The notes: generated from the letters alone by a model not told the origin. 62,365 nucleotides of DNA, filler included, from Hausera hauseri (GCA_046269625.1; 12 parts of 12 records of this genome joined end to end with filler, not necessarily neighbours in it); one strand, 5' to 3'; positions 1 to 12,814 are shown, counted from the whole stretch's first letter. Numbers and translations are program-made.

Positions 1-202
1 AATTGTTTTCCAAAGACATTGTTTAAAGAAGACAAACGTGAAAAGAAATTGTATTGATATTTATATGAAATTTATTCATACCGGTTTGTTTTCATTGTAA
101 GCAATAGACATTTACTTTTGTGAGTATTGTCTCATATCACAATGATACACATTACCTCCACATCACTGAAGGCCATGACACTGTTTTATTCCATTATTGA
201 AG

Positions 203-608
203 TCATTCGTAATAAATGTGTACAATTTCCATTATAGCACACTTACATCCTGGGCATTGGTTGGATACATTGGTAGAATACATTTGAAAAACAACGAGAT
301 GGCCGCACATTAAAAATACCGTATCCACTTTTCTTTGTTTACAGAGTACACACATAAACTGACAGTTTCGTACTTTGTATATTATTTTCTCTTCCAAGTT
401 CTTTAATCCACTTCGTACCTTTTCAACAGTATTAAAGTAATTTGTATCATACAATCGGTGAATGTACATTTGATTTAACACAATTATTAGATTTCCCATA
501 GAGCTGCAATCTGTTGCTGTCACCAATGTTATTGACGCTAAATCTTCTTTAAATCTAAAATCACGTGCTGCTCTCGAAACCAGCTCACTATCAAGTACTT
601 GCCACCAT
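203..608 (-). pseudogene. C-terminal fragment of an IAP/MDM2-type RING-finger protein
   Basis: CVLC-x11-CGH...CPGC at the extreme C-terminus, with two expected Cys read as F and Y. The upstream part is closely similar to the 3' end of ORF 22950-24329. Confidence 0.7.
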
Positions 609-779
609 TGTACCTAGTCTCAAATTGACAATCCATCAACATGTTGCAGTTGCTTCAGTTGATTCACTATTTTCATGACGATTATTATACTATAATCTTC
701 GCGTATTTATAGTTTTTTAAATTATTCAGCTGACAAATACCGCTAAATATGTCACGAACCTTATTTTCAGAACTAAAGA

Positions 780-1285
780 AAGAGAGAAATACATTTACTT
801 ATTTGCATGAAATAGTCAATGCAAAGCCGCAGACATTTTTTGTAAGCAAAATGCGGTCCATGATTACAATACGGACATCTAATAATGTCATGTACCATCG
901 CCAGCGAACTGTTTGATGTTCAATACGTCGTCATTCGCAACTCGTGCAATTATGAATGGAGTTGTGTAAACTTTTCTCCGTCAATTTGATATTTAATGTA
1001 AAATATTGTATTTACAATTTTAAAACGATCACAAATGTCTCGCATTATACATGATACGCAAAACTTTGAATTGCTTTCGTGCCAATAAAGTTCATGACGA
1101 TGTGGAAAGAGAAATCCATTTGTAAATTTCGCCTTTTCCGTCAGGTATTTCCACACAATACCGGGCTTGAATATGTACACAATCGGTTAGAAAATGTTAC
1201 CGACGTCCATAATGCATAATTCCTTTATTATGTACAGGGCATTATCATCTTGGAAAGCTTCAATATCTATAAATCCTGTCGTCAT
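780..1285 (-). pseudogene. DEDD/DnaQ-fold nuclease-like ORF of the type found in Polintons
   Basis: Manual translation from the ATG at 1285: MTTGFIDIEAFQDDNALYIIKELCI...*...FKPGIVWKYL...HRHELYW, then after a frameshift CPYCNHGPHFAYKKCL. It has an ExoI-like DIE motif. Confidence 0.5.
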
Positions 1286-1349
1286 TAGTTCTCGTGTACA
1301 AAATCATTTTGTTTATAACACAAACAAAACAACTAACTATTATTATTAT

Positions 1350-1813
1350 CACAATCATAAAACTGGTGGTTTTGCCCATATCACCAAAGCCAAATTCTTT
1401 GCGTTCATTTCATTTGCTTCATTGACGCAAAACAATCCCCACTGTTCAGGTGACATTACACTAAATTCCACCTCTTCACATCGAAGAAAAACGATTTGTG
1501 CCATTGCACTGCCTTTCGAAAAAGCATGTTTCCTCGGATATGTTTTCCAGCAACACCTTAATTTCGCCACGGAAGTCTGAATCAATGACACCTCCCACAA
1601 CCGTCAGTCCAAGCTTTATCAGTCCGCTTTTCGATAAAAGTTGGCCGTAGTAACCGTATGGGATCGTCAATCGAATACCGTCCGTTATACATTTGATTGT
1701 GCTGTCCGAAATTGTATTGACATAAGAAACACTTCGTAGCCTGCACTGTTTGCTGTAACACGTCTCGGTACAGTAGCACTTTCATCCGTTAAAATAATCT
1801 TTACATCATCCAT
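1350..1813 (-). pseudogene. dut: dUTPase (trimeric type), frameshifted
   Basis: Motifs I-V spread over several frames: SAGYEV, LSKSG, GVIDSDFRGEI, AMAQIVF, RKEFGFGDMG. Confidence 0.9.
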
Positions 1814-2732
1814 TATCGTCATCTAATACTAACAAATAAATTACACATTTATACTCGTTAATTGGGTTCATGAAACAGAAACAGTAAAACAACGACATCA
1901 ATATTTATTGATAATTAAAATGTGTTTCAGCTATACGCCAAATCGGGCTTTTGACAGTCTTTTTCCTTTTATCCTTGCAATTCATTGTTCAATCGATACT
2001 TTAAACCATCATCATCGGGTACATTAGACATTTTGCGACCGATAAAATCAAACAATTTCGTTTTTGTTGCTGGTAAAACGACAGATTACTGTTGCGCGGT
2101 CGTTTCATTCGACTTTAAATCCACGTTTAATTGATGTAAAGCATCAGAAAGTTTATCCAAATTTTCACCCGAAAGCCATTTTACACGGTAGCTGTACTTG
2201 GGTGCACATAGAGACACGGGATCATTCAATGAAATCAGTACGGGCGTTTTCAGAAAATGCATTTCATACTTGCGAAAAATTCGTTTCGGTTAAAATGTCT
2301 GTGTTTGGTGCAGCTGTTTTGATTTTCGTTTAGGTATTCCAATAATTGCCATTTGCCTTTTTAATGCGGTTTTGCTGCTGATGATGCAGATGATTATTTC
2401 TGAGCAAGTCCCTTTTTCATTTCCAGACAATCGACATTATAATCGCCCTGCAGATAGTAGCCATTAGAATTATCACACGGTTTTTCCAATTGTTGGACAG
2501 GTTCTGTTTTCGTTGTCAGAAATTTGACATTAGAATTGTCCTTTTTGTAGTCAGACAACCACGACCAAACTGTACTTTCATCATTCTCACAACCACCACC
2601 ATAATAGTCACTGAGTAGAATCGTTTTATCGTCGTCTTCCATGGCAGTAATATTTGAATGATCATGGGAATTGTATTTATAGTTTGTTGTCGTTGTGCAG
2701 AGTACATTATTTTGATTCACTAAGACATTTGT

Positions 2733-3173
2733 GTGGTTTTTAATTTTATTAATAATCGGTTCATAGTCCGCTGTCCGAATACCAAATACAAAAATTTTTC
2801 CACTGCTAAAAACATTGACACAAAGTGGGCAAGGCAATGTCAGTCTCAGTGCAAGAAACAGTTCGGGTTCGTATGTACATTTAGTGGCCATTGCTAATTT
2901 GTACAGACTGACTGATGGACAGTCTAACTGAGTCGTTACCGTTATTGATTGGATTTAATCAGTGATAATTCCGAATGGCATTAGTTTATTGTTACTGTCA
3001 GTTGTAATTGGTTTGCGACAACCCATAATACGACACTTTCCCGATTGAAATACGATGCATGTAAAATCCGGTGGACACTTGAGGACATACTGCCTCGACT
3101 TCCATTGACTAAAATGTAGTGTGTTAACGTCACACTCGGTAACATGTCCGCGATAGTTGATATTAGCTAACAT
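2733..3173 (-). pseudogene. Divergent, intronless TATA-box-binding-protein-like gene (core domain only)
   Basis: ORFs 2955-3233 and 2394-2891 share one frame, separated by a single TAA. Two TBP repeats are visible: CIVFQSGKCRIMG, then IQSITVTTQL...YEPELFLAL...VNVFSSGKIFVFG (canonical: ALIFSSGKMVCTG, YEPELFPGL, LLIFVSGKVVLTG). Confidence 0.75.
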
Positions 3174-3264
3174 TATGGAAACATTTTTTATCCTATATCT
3201 ATTTATATATGCGTGTAACATGATTATAAACAAATCATGTGATGAGGAAAGGTACTATTATTAG

Positions 3265-3920
3265 ATGAAGCTGCAGAATGATGCTATTTTCCAGATTGTA
3301 GGCCCCAGTGGAATTGGTAAAACACACTTTGTGTGTAAACTAATGCAGAACTACCGTGACATGTTTCGTCCACCGCTGTAAAATCACATATACTGGCATC
3401 AGGGTGTTAGTAATGATGTGAGTCCGTTTTGACACATCGGAAATTTTGTAAATTAAAATCGATAACGGTAATTGATGGGTTTGATAAGAACCAGTCTGAG
3501 AGATTACACAACCGTGACGTTATTGTCATCGACGATTTATTTCAGGAAGCTGAGAAACAATCTCACTTCAACAACCTGTTCACGAAGATTGCATGACACC
3601 GTGGTGTGACGCTTATTTTCATTACCCAAAACATGTTCCATCAGGGCGGACAGCATCGAACAAGGAATCTAAATGTACACTATTTGGTGTTGTTTCAAAA
3701 TCCCTGTGATCAGACTATTGTTGATTATGTTGCACGACAAGCATTTCTTCACAACCCAGCCTACTTGATAGATACATATAATGATGCTACGAACAAACCG
3801 CATGAATATCTGCATATTGACTTTACACAACAATGTCCCGATGACATGCGTGTACGATCAGATATTCTCAATCAGAAAGGTGTACATGCCTATAAACAAA
3901 TTCGAAATTTGACGATATGA
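3265..3920 (+). pseudogene. Polinton/A32-FtsK-like DNA packaging ATPase
   Basis: Walker A GPSGIGKT, Walker B VIVIDDL, then HRGVTLIFITQN, LNVHYLVLFQNP.D and YLHIDF. Contains internal stops and a frameshift. Confidence 0.85.
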
Positions 3921-4134
3921 TTGTGACAAAATGAAGAATTTCCGAAAAACAATTGTTAAACCTTAACCTACCAAGCGGGTGTCTGGCAAGAAACACGTAT
4001 CAAAACGAGCCCCTACAGTCAAGCGATTAACCAGTTCTGTGCTTCGAACAACACTAGCAGAAACTAGACGCAAATTACCGTAACAGTGGAAACGGTTATA
4101 AACAACTACGTCTCAGCATTAATACGTCCAAAAT

Positions 4135-4215
4135 ATGCGATTCAAATGTAGTCAGCCGTACTTTATTGCTTTGCTCAAGGCACCTACGAGACATAAGCGA
4201 AACATGCTACGATCA
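4135..4215 (+). CDS. 5' fragment of a small conserved Polinton-type ORF downstream of the ATPase, cut by the contig end
   Basis: MRFKCSQPYFIALLKAPTRHKRNMLRS resembles the start of small ORFs that follow Polinton ATPases. The match is short and weak. Confidence 0.25.
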
Positions 4216-4315
4216 NNNNNNNNNNNNNNNNNNNNNNNNNNNNNNNNNNNNNNNNNNNNTTAATTAATTAANNNNNNNNNNNNNNNNNNNNNNNNNNNNN
4301 NNNNNNNNNNNNNNN
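4216..4315. other. Artificial contig-joining spacer (first of 11)
   Basis: 44 N + TTAATTAATTAA (stops in all six frames) + 44 N. The same spacer occurs at 8918-9017, 14107-14206, 19515-19614, 27134-27233, 32278-32377, 37792-37891, 42101-42200, 46542-46641, 50966-51065 and 55353-55452. Confidence 0.98.
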
Positions 4316-4374
4316 ATATTTCTATACAACATTTATTGAACAAAGAATAACAAAGAATAACAATATGTACATAG

Positions 4375-7300
4375 TTACAATAATGCCACATGTCCATGAG
4401 GTAGTATGTGGATTCCGTAATCAAAAATGTACCTCTTGTCACCCAACCAATCGAGACTTTTCTTTCGCAACGCAACTGTGGCAATCTGATGTTCGCGGGA
4501 CTGGATCCTTTTTATCTCGCTGACGATGTGACTTTGCTCCCGCAACACTCTCTTAAAATCTCCAAAGCCAATGTCTTTAGCTAATGTGGCCCTTTGAACT
4601 CCCTTGGCTTGCTTCTTTACCTGACCACTTACATCTATGGCGTACATTTTTGATCTCAACGTCACGAAACGGGTGATGATCTTTCCATTCACCTCGTCTT
4701 TAAACTTTCCGAGGACATTCTTGTGGGCAATTAAATAATTTGGATGATCCTTTGGATAGTCTGAGGTATCCATATACTGCGCCAATTTTGCATATTTTTC
4801 AAAGACATAATCTGTGCGGATCAGATATATGAAACTATCCGTGTCCATATACATTAGCTGGAGCTCCTGGAATGCGGGGACCATGATGTTGTAATGAAAG
4901 TCATACATCAATGTCTTGGATAGATCTAATATGGACATTCCCACATATATAGGCTTGTTGAACTCAAGTAATATCTTGAGCATATGGATGCTCACCAGAT
5001 TCTCCGTGTAGATTGTGCTGCTGTGGAATGTGGGCTTAGCGATGAGTTCTTTGCCTTCTTTCAGTCACATACCAGCTTAATGTTTATCCGTTTCCGGATG
5101 TTCTCCATAGTTTTGCCAAAGACCGAGTTCTTATACAACTTGTATTGGTCCTTTTCAAACTCGTTCTTGGCATTGGCCCTCAACTGAGTATTGAGGTCTA
5201 TGTATGGATTCAGCCATTTGGACTGGCTGAACTGCAGGGCCCGATGAATCCTGATGACTCGGAGTCCATTTTGGATGGACTGTTGGCGATTTATGTAGTG
5301 GGCTACATACCTCTCCCTGTTTTCGAGATCACAGATCAGCTTATTATGCTTATCATTTGGCGGCCTCTTGCTCTCCGGGAGAAAATGCAGCTGCTCATGC
5401 CTTGTATGGATGCTATGTGGGTATTCCATGTCCACCTCCAGTATGTAGCCCGTATCTCCATTGGTATTCATACCTTCAATATCCAGGACTTGCGTCTGCT
5501 CCACGCATTGAAAGTTATCATAGGGCAATGGGTTGCTCATTGCCCATCCATATAGATTGTTGGCATCCAGGTATAATATATATATGAGGATTACTTTGAT
5601 GGATCATAATCTGCCATGTATTTGTTGTTGGCCTCACTGTACCTGTGAACGGCCGAGCAGATTCCGCCTCTAATGCCTCTCTCGATCATAAGGATCATAT
5701 TATAATCCTTAATGATCTGCAGCCCAATACCAGTATATCTCAGCATAGCTGCCCAACTCATTCCGGGAGCTGTAAAGAAATGGGCTGGATCTAACTTGTG
5801 ACTCTTAAGGGTCACATTCCGGAAGCTTTCGAAGACATCAGTAAGCAATAGAACATCTGTGAGGAGATAGATATTACTGTATTCCATATTGCCCTGCACT
5901 AGAAGGTCTGTCATACTATTTGGGCGTGCTTATATTCAGCATCGCTAATATGACTGCATGACAACTGACTATAGAAGTTTTCCTTGGACGGTAATGCATC
6001 TTCATCCAGTGCTTTCCATGACGTTATATAGTCATAGGGGAACACTCCTTTCCGCTTCACAAGGTCAAATGTATCCGGGAAGAACCTCGTCGTCTCCTTG
6101 AGCTCATCAGCTGGAAGGTTCTGCACGGGACTCTCCAGTGACGAGCTCATGAAGTGGAAGCTATCAATGAAGCGAAGGCTGATGCGGCCCATATGTACGT
6201 AAAGGGGATGTACTTCTCCTCACTATTTGGAATCATATCAACGTTCCCCTCAATATTACCCAATTCTCGAACAATGAAGTGGGAATCGTATCCATTAAGA
6301 TTGTAGAATACCACGGGAACATATGTACATGTCTTGCAGCGTAAGTTGCAATTGTTGCACGCTGCGCCTCGGTATATGCCTGTAAAATGGCAGTGATCCC
6401 TGACTTTGTGATTGGCCCATGTAAATGGCTTTCTGCATAAGTAGCATTTTGATGCTTTGCGCCATTTACATTTTTCTTGCTGCGACATCACCATGTAGTC
6501 TTTATGTAGCTGCAAGATGTCTTCAATTTTGTGTGTATACTGTTTCAGACGCTGCATAAAATGTGTTGCTTCATTTACACCCCTGTATAGATAGGGTTTT
6601 TTGTCCAGACCTTTGGCATACATGCTGTATAATCATAACTCATGGTACTGGTATGCTGTAGTACTGCTTTGCTGTGGATTGGGGTTGCAGCTGTGAACTG
6701 GACTGAGGATGGCCTCAAAGTCACAATATATGACAATCGGCACCTTCTTCTCTCGAACTCCTTAAATTCCAGGTAATCCTTTTTGAGAAATTCTGGTCGG
6801 ATGCAATAGTTTGTATTGCAGTAGGTATTGTGCTCCACCAACTTTTCTGCGGCTGTCCCTACTAAAATGGGTAAAGCATCTTTTGCATATTTCCAGCCTT
6901 GATTTATGCTTGGATATTTGGAATTTTAGGAGGCGTTCAAAATTCTTGATCCAGATGAAATGCCTCGTTTCTCCATCATTTAGCAGAAGATCCCTATGAT
7001 CCTCCAATTCCTCCTTACACGTACGTAAGGGATAAAATTTGTTCTCCTCCAATCCAAAGATGTTGATGAAAATGTTGTTCACGCTTTCAAATTTCACGAC
7101 CTCATCTAGGCTCGGTGGGAATGAAATACAGCTGAGGTCACATTTGTGCTGCACTTTGTTATATATGCAAACTCTGGAAGCATTATGTTTATCCTGAACT
7201 AGTTTCAACAAAATAGAGTACATGAAGCACATGCTGTCCTCATTGTGGATATTGATGCATGCCTTTTTCTTAACTATCCACTCAAGAAGCGGTATGTAGG

Positions 7301-8107
7301 AGCTGCCTCTTATGGGAGAATACTTGTACACATGCACATGTAACTCCTTTATTGTTGCTAAAGTCCAACCGCTCTTCTTGTCCTGGCTTTTTTGGCTTCG
7401 CAGATGAGCCTTGCATAGTCCTCTGTAATGAAATTTTTAATGTTAAAGGATTTTAATAGTGGCTTTTTCTTTGACTTGAAGGCTCTATTAGACAGCTCTC
7501 CTTTGACATTGGTGAAGGTGACTTCCAATTTGTAGTTCACCTTAAGAGTCTTCGGCTCCAACAAGTTGTTCTGGAGAATTCCTGCTGCCTCCTCCCTTGA
7601 ATATTTCAGGAAATCATCAAGCGATGTCTGCCGCACTGCTGCTATGAAGTATCGTTGTACTTTGCTCTTCAGTGCAGTTGCATCAACTGGCAGCTGTCTT
7701 TGGCTTTTTGATGGAGCATCTGCTGCTACTTCTGATATGCGTTTTGGTCCTGCATCAGGCCTTGCTGTTAAAGCAGACCTTGCTGCTAAAGCAGGCTGTA
7801 CAACTGTCTGTGCTGCCGAAGCAGGCTGTGCTGCCAAAGCAGGCTCTTTCTCATTAAATATGACCTTCTTTGGCTTTAAATTGAAGTCTGTCAAATGGGC
7901 AATATGATCTTTGTAAAACTGCATGTATTCTCCATCACATACAGCCTCATATCCAGGGCAAATATAATAGAGGACTCTATTGAATTTGTATCCATAATAG
8001 CTCCTCATGGCATTGTGGCAATTCTGAGGGTTATGTATTGCACATATGCAATACACATATAAACTGAATCCTATATTTTCCTTTGGCACGAAAGTCGTTA
8101 TTGGCAT
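4375..8107 (-). pseudogene. Protein-primed DNA polymerase B (family A copy): putative terminal protein region, vOTU-like domain, EndoVII-like insert, exonuclease and polymerase
   Basis: GSSYIPL...NEDSMCFMYSIL and RHFIWIKNFERLL; CYLC...RDHCHFTGIYRGAACNNCNL; YNLNGYDSHF; RKGVFPYDY; RGIRGG; YKLYKNSVFGKT; YMDTDS; KGVQ. Many frameshifts. Confidence 0.93.
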
Positions 8108-9017
8108 ATTGGTACTGAATATTTGTTTTTTTCGACTTGGTGAAGAAAATCAAGTGCTGTTTATGGACATTTTAAAAGTCTTCATAATTGGTTTGGCACA
8201 CAACCTCACATGTAGGGCATATATAATACTATACACTCTGTTGTACATATGGCCAAAGTACTTCTTCATAACACTGGCAATTTTTCTGCTCGTGGATTTA
8301 AGCCAAACATTCGCTTTAAAGTTCTCACATCTAAAATCAACAAATTATTTGAGGAGCACAATTAAAAAAATTACCATTTGTTGAAGTGATTTTGGAAATA
8401 ATGAAAAATATAGTCATATCACCATGTACTGCCTCGCTTATTGATTGGTTTAATGTGCTTTTGTTTTAATGCATCAATTAAATTAAATAAAATGCGGCGC
8501 CAAATTTAAGGTTTTGGACACGGGGAATCGAATGACGTAATTAGATTCTTTGAATAATGCATGCTTGACCGATTATTCGAGTTCAATTAGCTAAGTATTC
8601 GACTTGTAAACTCGAATTCAAATATGTAACATCATATTCCGATTCGGCATACATGACTTCCTATCTAGTCCCGCTTAAGGATTTATTGATTTCTGCTTCA
8701 CTGGGCTTTAAATGCAGATTTTGATTAATTCGAAATATTGATTTTGTGTCTATATAGTACATTTTCATGGAATAATTTTTATGTTTAAGGGGATTTTCGA
8801 ATATGAGAAATCGATTTCCGCTATTGGATTTTCCGAATAGTTCGATATTCGGTATTCGATGCAAAAAATATTCGAATTTCGAATATCTGACTCAATATTC
8901 CAGATCGCCATAGTCGANNNNNNNNNNNNNNNNNNNNNNNNNNNNNNNNNNNNNNNNNNNNTTAATTAATTAANNNNNNNNNNNNNNNNNNNNNNNNNNN
9001 NNNNNNNNNNNNNNNNN

Positions 9018-10690
9018 GGCAACAGATGCAAGCGATTATGGAATAGGAGCAGTATTATTACAGAAGGGTGAAGATGGAAAAGAACACCCTGTGGCCTGTG
9101 CTTCAAGAAAACTTAATAAACATCAAAAGAAATACTCTGTAATAGAAAAAGAGTTATTAGCAGTGATATTTGCCTTAGAAGTATTTTCACCGTACATTAA
9201 TGAAAATAAACCACTTATGATTTATACAGACCATAGACCACTTTAATAGCTAAAACAGCATGAAAATCCAAATAGTAGACTCCTACGATGGGCTCTAAAG
9301 TTACAACCATATACATTGAATTTTCAGTATAAATCTGGCACGCGAAATGCTAATGCCGATTACCTATCGAGACTACCAGATAAAATAGAAACGAAAGCAG
9401 TAGTCGCAGGCACATAGAGTATAAACGGATCAACTGAGAAAATTAAGATGAATCAAGATGAAGATATGGAAATAAGAGCCATTAGGAAATATACAAAAGA
9501 TAAAACTATACCAGTTGACAGAGAATTAACCCGTCACCTGGCGCGATTCAGCGAAGTGTATGAAGGGAAGAAAGGATTTCTATATTTTATTAGTCAAAAC
9601 GGACCTGAATTAGTAATTCCTAAGAAAAATAGAGCAGTTTTATTAACCCAATAACACGATGGATTGCTTGGAGGACACCAATCAGCCAATAAGACATTAA
9701 GCAACTTAAAACGGAAATACTTCTGGCCAACGATAATGAAAGACGTACAAGAATGGTGTGAGAGCTGCAAGTTGTGTGCTACCCCAAAAAACACAGGATC
9801 AAAATTTAAAGCACCGTTAAAGGTATGGGATAACTCTCAAGCACCATTTGAGTTTACCGCGATTGATGTAACGGGACCATTACCGTTAACACGAAATGGA
9901 AACAAATTTATCTTAGTATTTATCGATTATTTCACCAGATGGGTGGTTGCTTTACCAATGCCCGATATGAAGGCAAATACAATTGCTGAAAGATTTGTGG
10001 AAAACAGTGTTTAACTATGGAGCTCCAAGAATTCTCCTGACTGATCAGGCATCAAATTTAACTGGATCAGTAATGCAGTCCATATATGATATCTTGAAAA
10101 TATTAAAGTTGCGATCAACGCCCGGACATCAGGAGAATAATGGAATGGTTGAAAGGTATATTGGAGATCTGAAAAAAAAGTTACAAACGGTAGTAAATAC
10201 TAGGCAAGATGATTGGGACGAATACATCAATGCATGTGTCTTCGTCAATCGCATATCAGTCCATGAGGCTACTAAAGAAACACCCTTCTATTTAATGTAT
10301 TTGCAGAATGCAAGATTACCAATCGACCTAGATTTTAATGTGAAACCCATTTCACATTTAATGGAAATAGAAGACTGTAAACAGTTAATGCAAGAACGAC
10401 TTCAGTTAGCCTGCAAAATGATTGGCGATAATCAAAAAGATTACAAATTAAAGTATAATAAGTACTATGACCAAAAGACTAAACAGCCTAAAATCAAGAT
10501 AGGCGACCAAGTAATGTTGTATTCTCCAGTAATTAAAAAGGGTAAAACGTCTAAGTTAGACAGACCATATAAAGGACCATATGAAGTAGAAAAAGTAAAT
10601 CTACCGAATATTTGTTTGAAGGAAAATAATACTTCCGTAAAAGTACACGTTAATAGATGTAAGCCCGCGGCCAAGGAGAGCGAATTAAGA
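9018..10690 (+). pseudogene. Ty3/Gypsy pol 3' part: RNase H and integrase
   Basis: TDASDYGIGAVL...EKELLAV...TDHRPL; HHCC finger (H..GGH...CESCKLC); DDE residues (AIDVTG, LTDQAS, NGMVER); GPY/F motif YKGPYEV. The RH-IN order is Gypsy-type. Confidence 0.95.
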
Positions 10691-10759
10691 AAGGGTGAAA
10701 AAGAGTTGGTATGTAGCATTTGTGAGAAGGTAATCGAAACGGACGCAACAAACAAACTA

Positions 10760-12725
10760 CGATTAAAAAGGGTATTGGTACTAATCATCATCTTATTATC
10801 TCCCTTAGTGATAGGATAGATGACGGACCAAGAAGTCGAAAAAGCAAAGCTACGACATGCCACGGCCATAAACGAGGATCTATGGTTGAAAAGCTTAAAG
10901 TATCATATAACGTACTCCACGAAAGGCCAGAAATGCATTACCTGGTATATTACAAGAAGAATGCCTGGCGAGTATATTATAGGGATACGAATAACCCCAG
11001 TCTACGGTTATAAAAGAAACTCTAATGAAGGACATAATGATTGTATTCTTCGTTCATCGATAAATGAAACGCAATGTCCAATAGATACTTCAGGGCCACA
11101 TGGAGTACACCTAACACTCATAAAGAAAAAAGAGGATTATTATTAGTTTATATACCAAATTTCACAGGTATATACGTGTTCCCCACAGACATGAAATGAA
11201 CGAAACACTACTCGATGAAATAATACTCGCACAGCTAAGGATAAGATCAATGGGATTTAAAAGTGGACGAAGCTGTCTCGAAGTAAGGAGTATGATAGAG
11301 TTAGAATATATCCGATGGATAACGATATCCATAAAAGAAATAGGAGGTGAACAAAGATTATTGAAATGCGAATTAACAGATGAACAACAACAAGTTTGCT
11401 GTAACGTAACAAGAGGCAGGATATATGAGGTAAAATACACTCTGTCACGGAAGGAACACGGAAAGCTTAAAAATAAAAGGCATAGAACAGGACCGACAAT
11501 GTTTATACGATATAAGAATCAAAAAGAGTATGATGATATACGAGAAGGGATCACGGCAACACCTGTGCAACTCTCAGCTAGTAATAAAGAGATGACTGTC
11601 CTAATTAAGCCTTACGCTTCTTATTACCGCCAAAAACGTTCCATCTGGAATAACGTAACCATCATAGCAGCTCCCACGGCACTAATCATCTCAGTTAAAC
11701 CAGATCTTGACTTCGTAAAAATTAAATTCACTTGTAAAAAACAAGATACTATAATAGCAAAAGGAATCATAACTCCGGATGATCTGATAGTGCCGTGTGC
11801 AGCTCTAGAATCCGATACGAAATATACGATTATGCTACAGTTATTAGATGCTAACGATAAAATAACCTCTACCAAAGTAATGTCCGCAATCACCAAAGGC
11901 AGCAAAGTGGAATCACAATACAGATTAAAGACAATTAAAAATAAGACAACTAAAAAGCCACAACGAGCAGGATATAAACATTCTCGTTTAGAAATAATTA
12001 TAATAAGTTCAATAACCCCTATAGTAATACTAATAGTAGCAGTAATATTAGTTAAGCTGATACAACGACAACGACACAAGAAAAGACAGAGCTGGGTACG
12101 AATCAACTTACGTGAGCTAACGAATTCGTTAGCCACCACTAGTCCCAGCTGACGGTGGAGTTTAGGGATTGCTATTAATGCAACCCTTTTAACGAAGATA
12201 ACCACAGGTCAACAGGTTACCTATAGAGATAAATCAAGTTATAAAACTACAACGATTACCATGGCATGTCTGATAACCGTTGTGTTGCGTGTAGATATTC
12301 ATATTAGCTCGCAATTGACATTTCTATTTACAGTGTCGTCCTCAACCTTTCATCAAGTCCAATCAATTACCAGGTCTAAACACTGGTATAGTAATGCAAA
12401 AAACCTCATAATCAACACCAATCCAGCTAATCAATATTATACGATACAAAACGATCATACAACCAGTTTGAATTACCCACTGACACAAATCCCAAACAGT
12501 CTAAAAGGATATAGTATGGCTGACAGGTCTCTAGCTCTAATGCAGATAACAAAAGCCACATCACTATATCTAATAGACATAATGATTCTTCACGATCGAT
12601 ATCACTCTATAAACATTTATTGTATAGTCGGTCAATTCCATATCAAAACAACAGCTAGAAAAACATCGATAAAAGGTGATCTTATTAATATGAACACTAT
12701 TCTTTTATCCAACAAAATCTATTAA
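10760..12725 (+). pseudogene. Retroelement-borne type I membrane protein (signal peptide, FN3-like ectodomain, TM, cytoplasmic extension) in frame with integrase
   Basis: Hydrophobic VLVLIIILLSPLVIG ends the integrase ORF; TAG at 10817-10819 is followed by an in-frame continuation. Several NxT sequons, an RQKR site and an FN3-like LESDTKYTIML motif. TM LEIIIISSITPIVILIVAVILVKLI is followed by a basic stretch. ORF 12261-12725 is in frame after one TGA. Confidence 0.6.
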
Positions 12726-12814
12726 AAATACGATCCCTTACCAATCGTCTTATATTAGCAATCGAAGTGATAAAGAAAGAAAAATTTTAGCCAAGTGTAC
12801 CTAACGGAAAATGT

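Larger units (their letters stand above)
1..4215. mobile_element. Fragment of a decayed Polinton/Maverick (adintovirus-like) element, accessory-gene region
   Basis: Densely packed intronless ORFs, including a Polinton-type packaging ATPase. All carry stops, frameshifts or truncations. No TIR, capsid or integrase on this contig. Confidence 0.7.
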
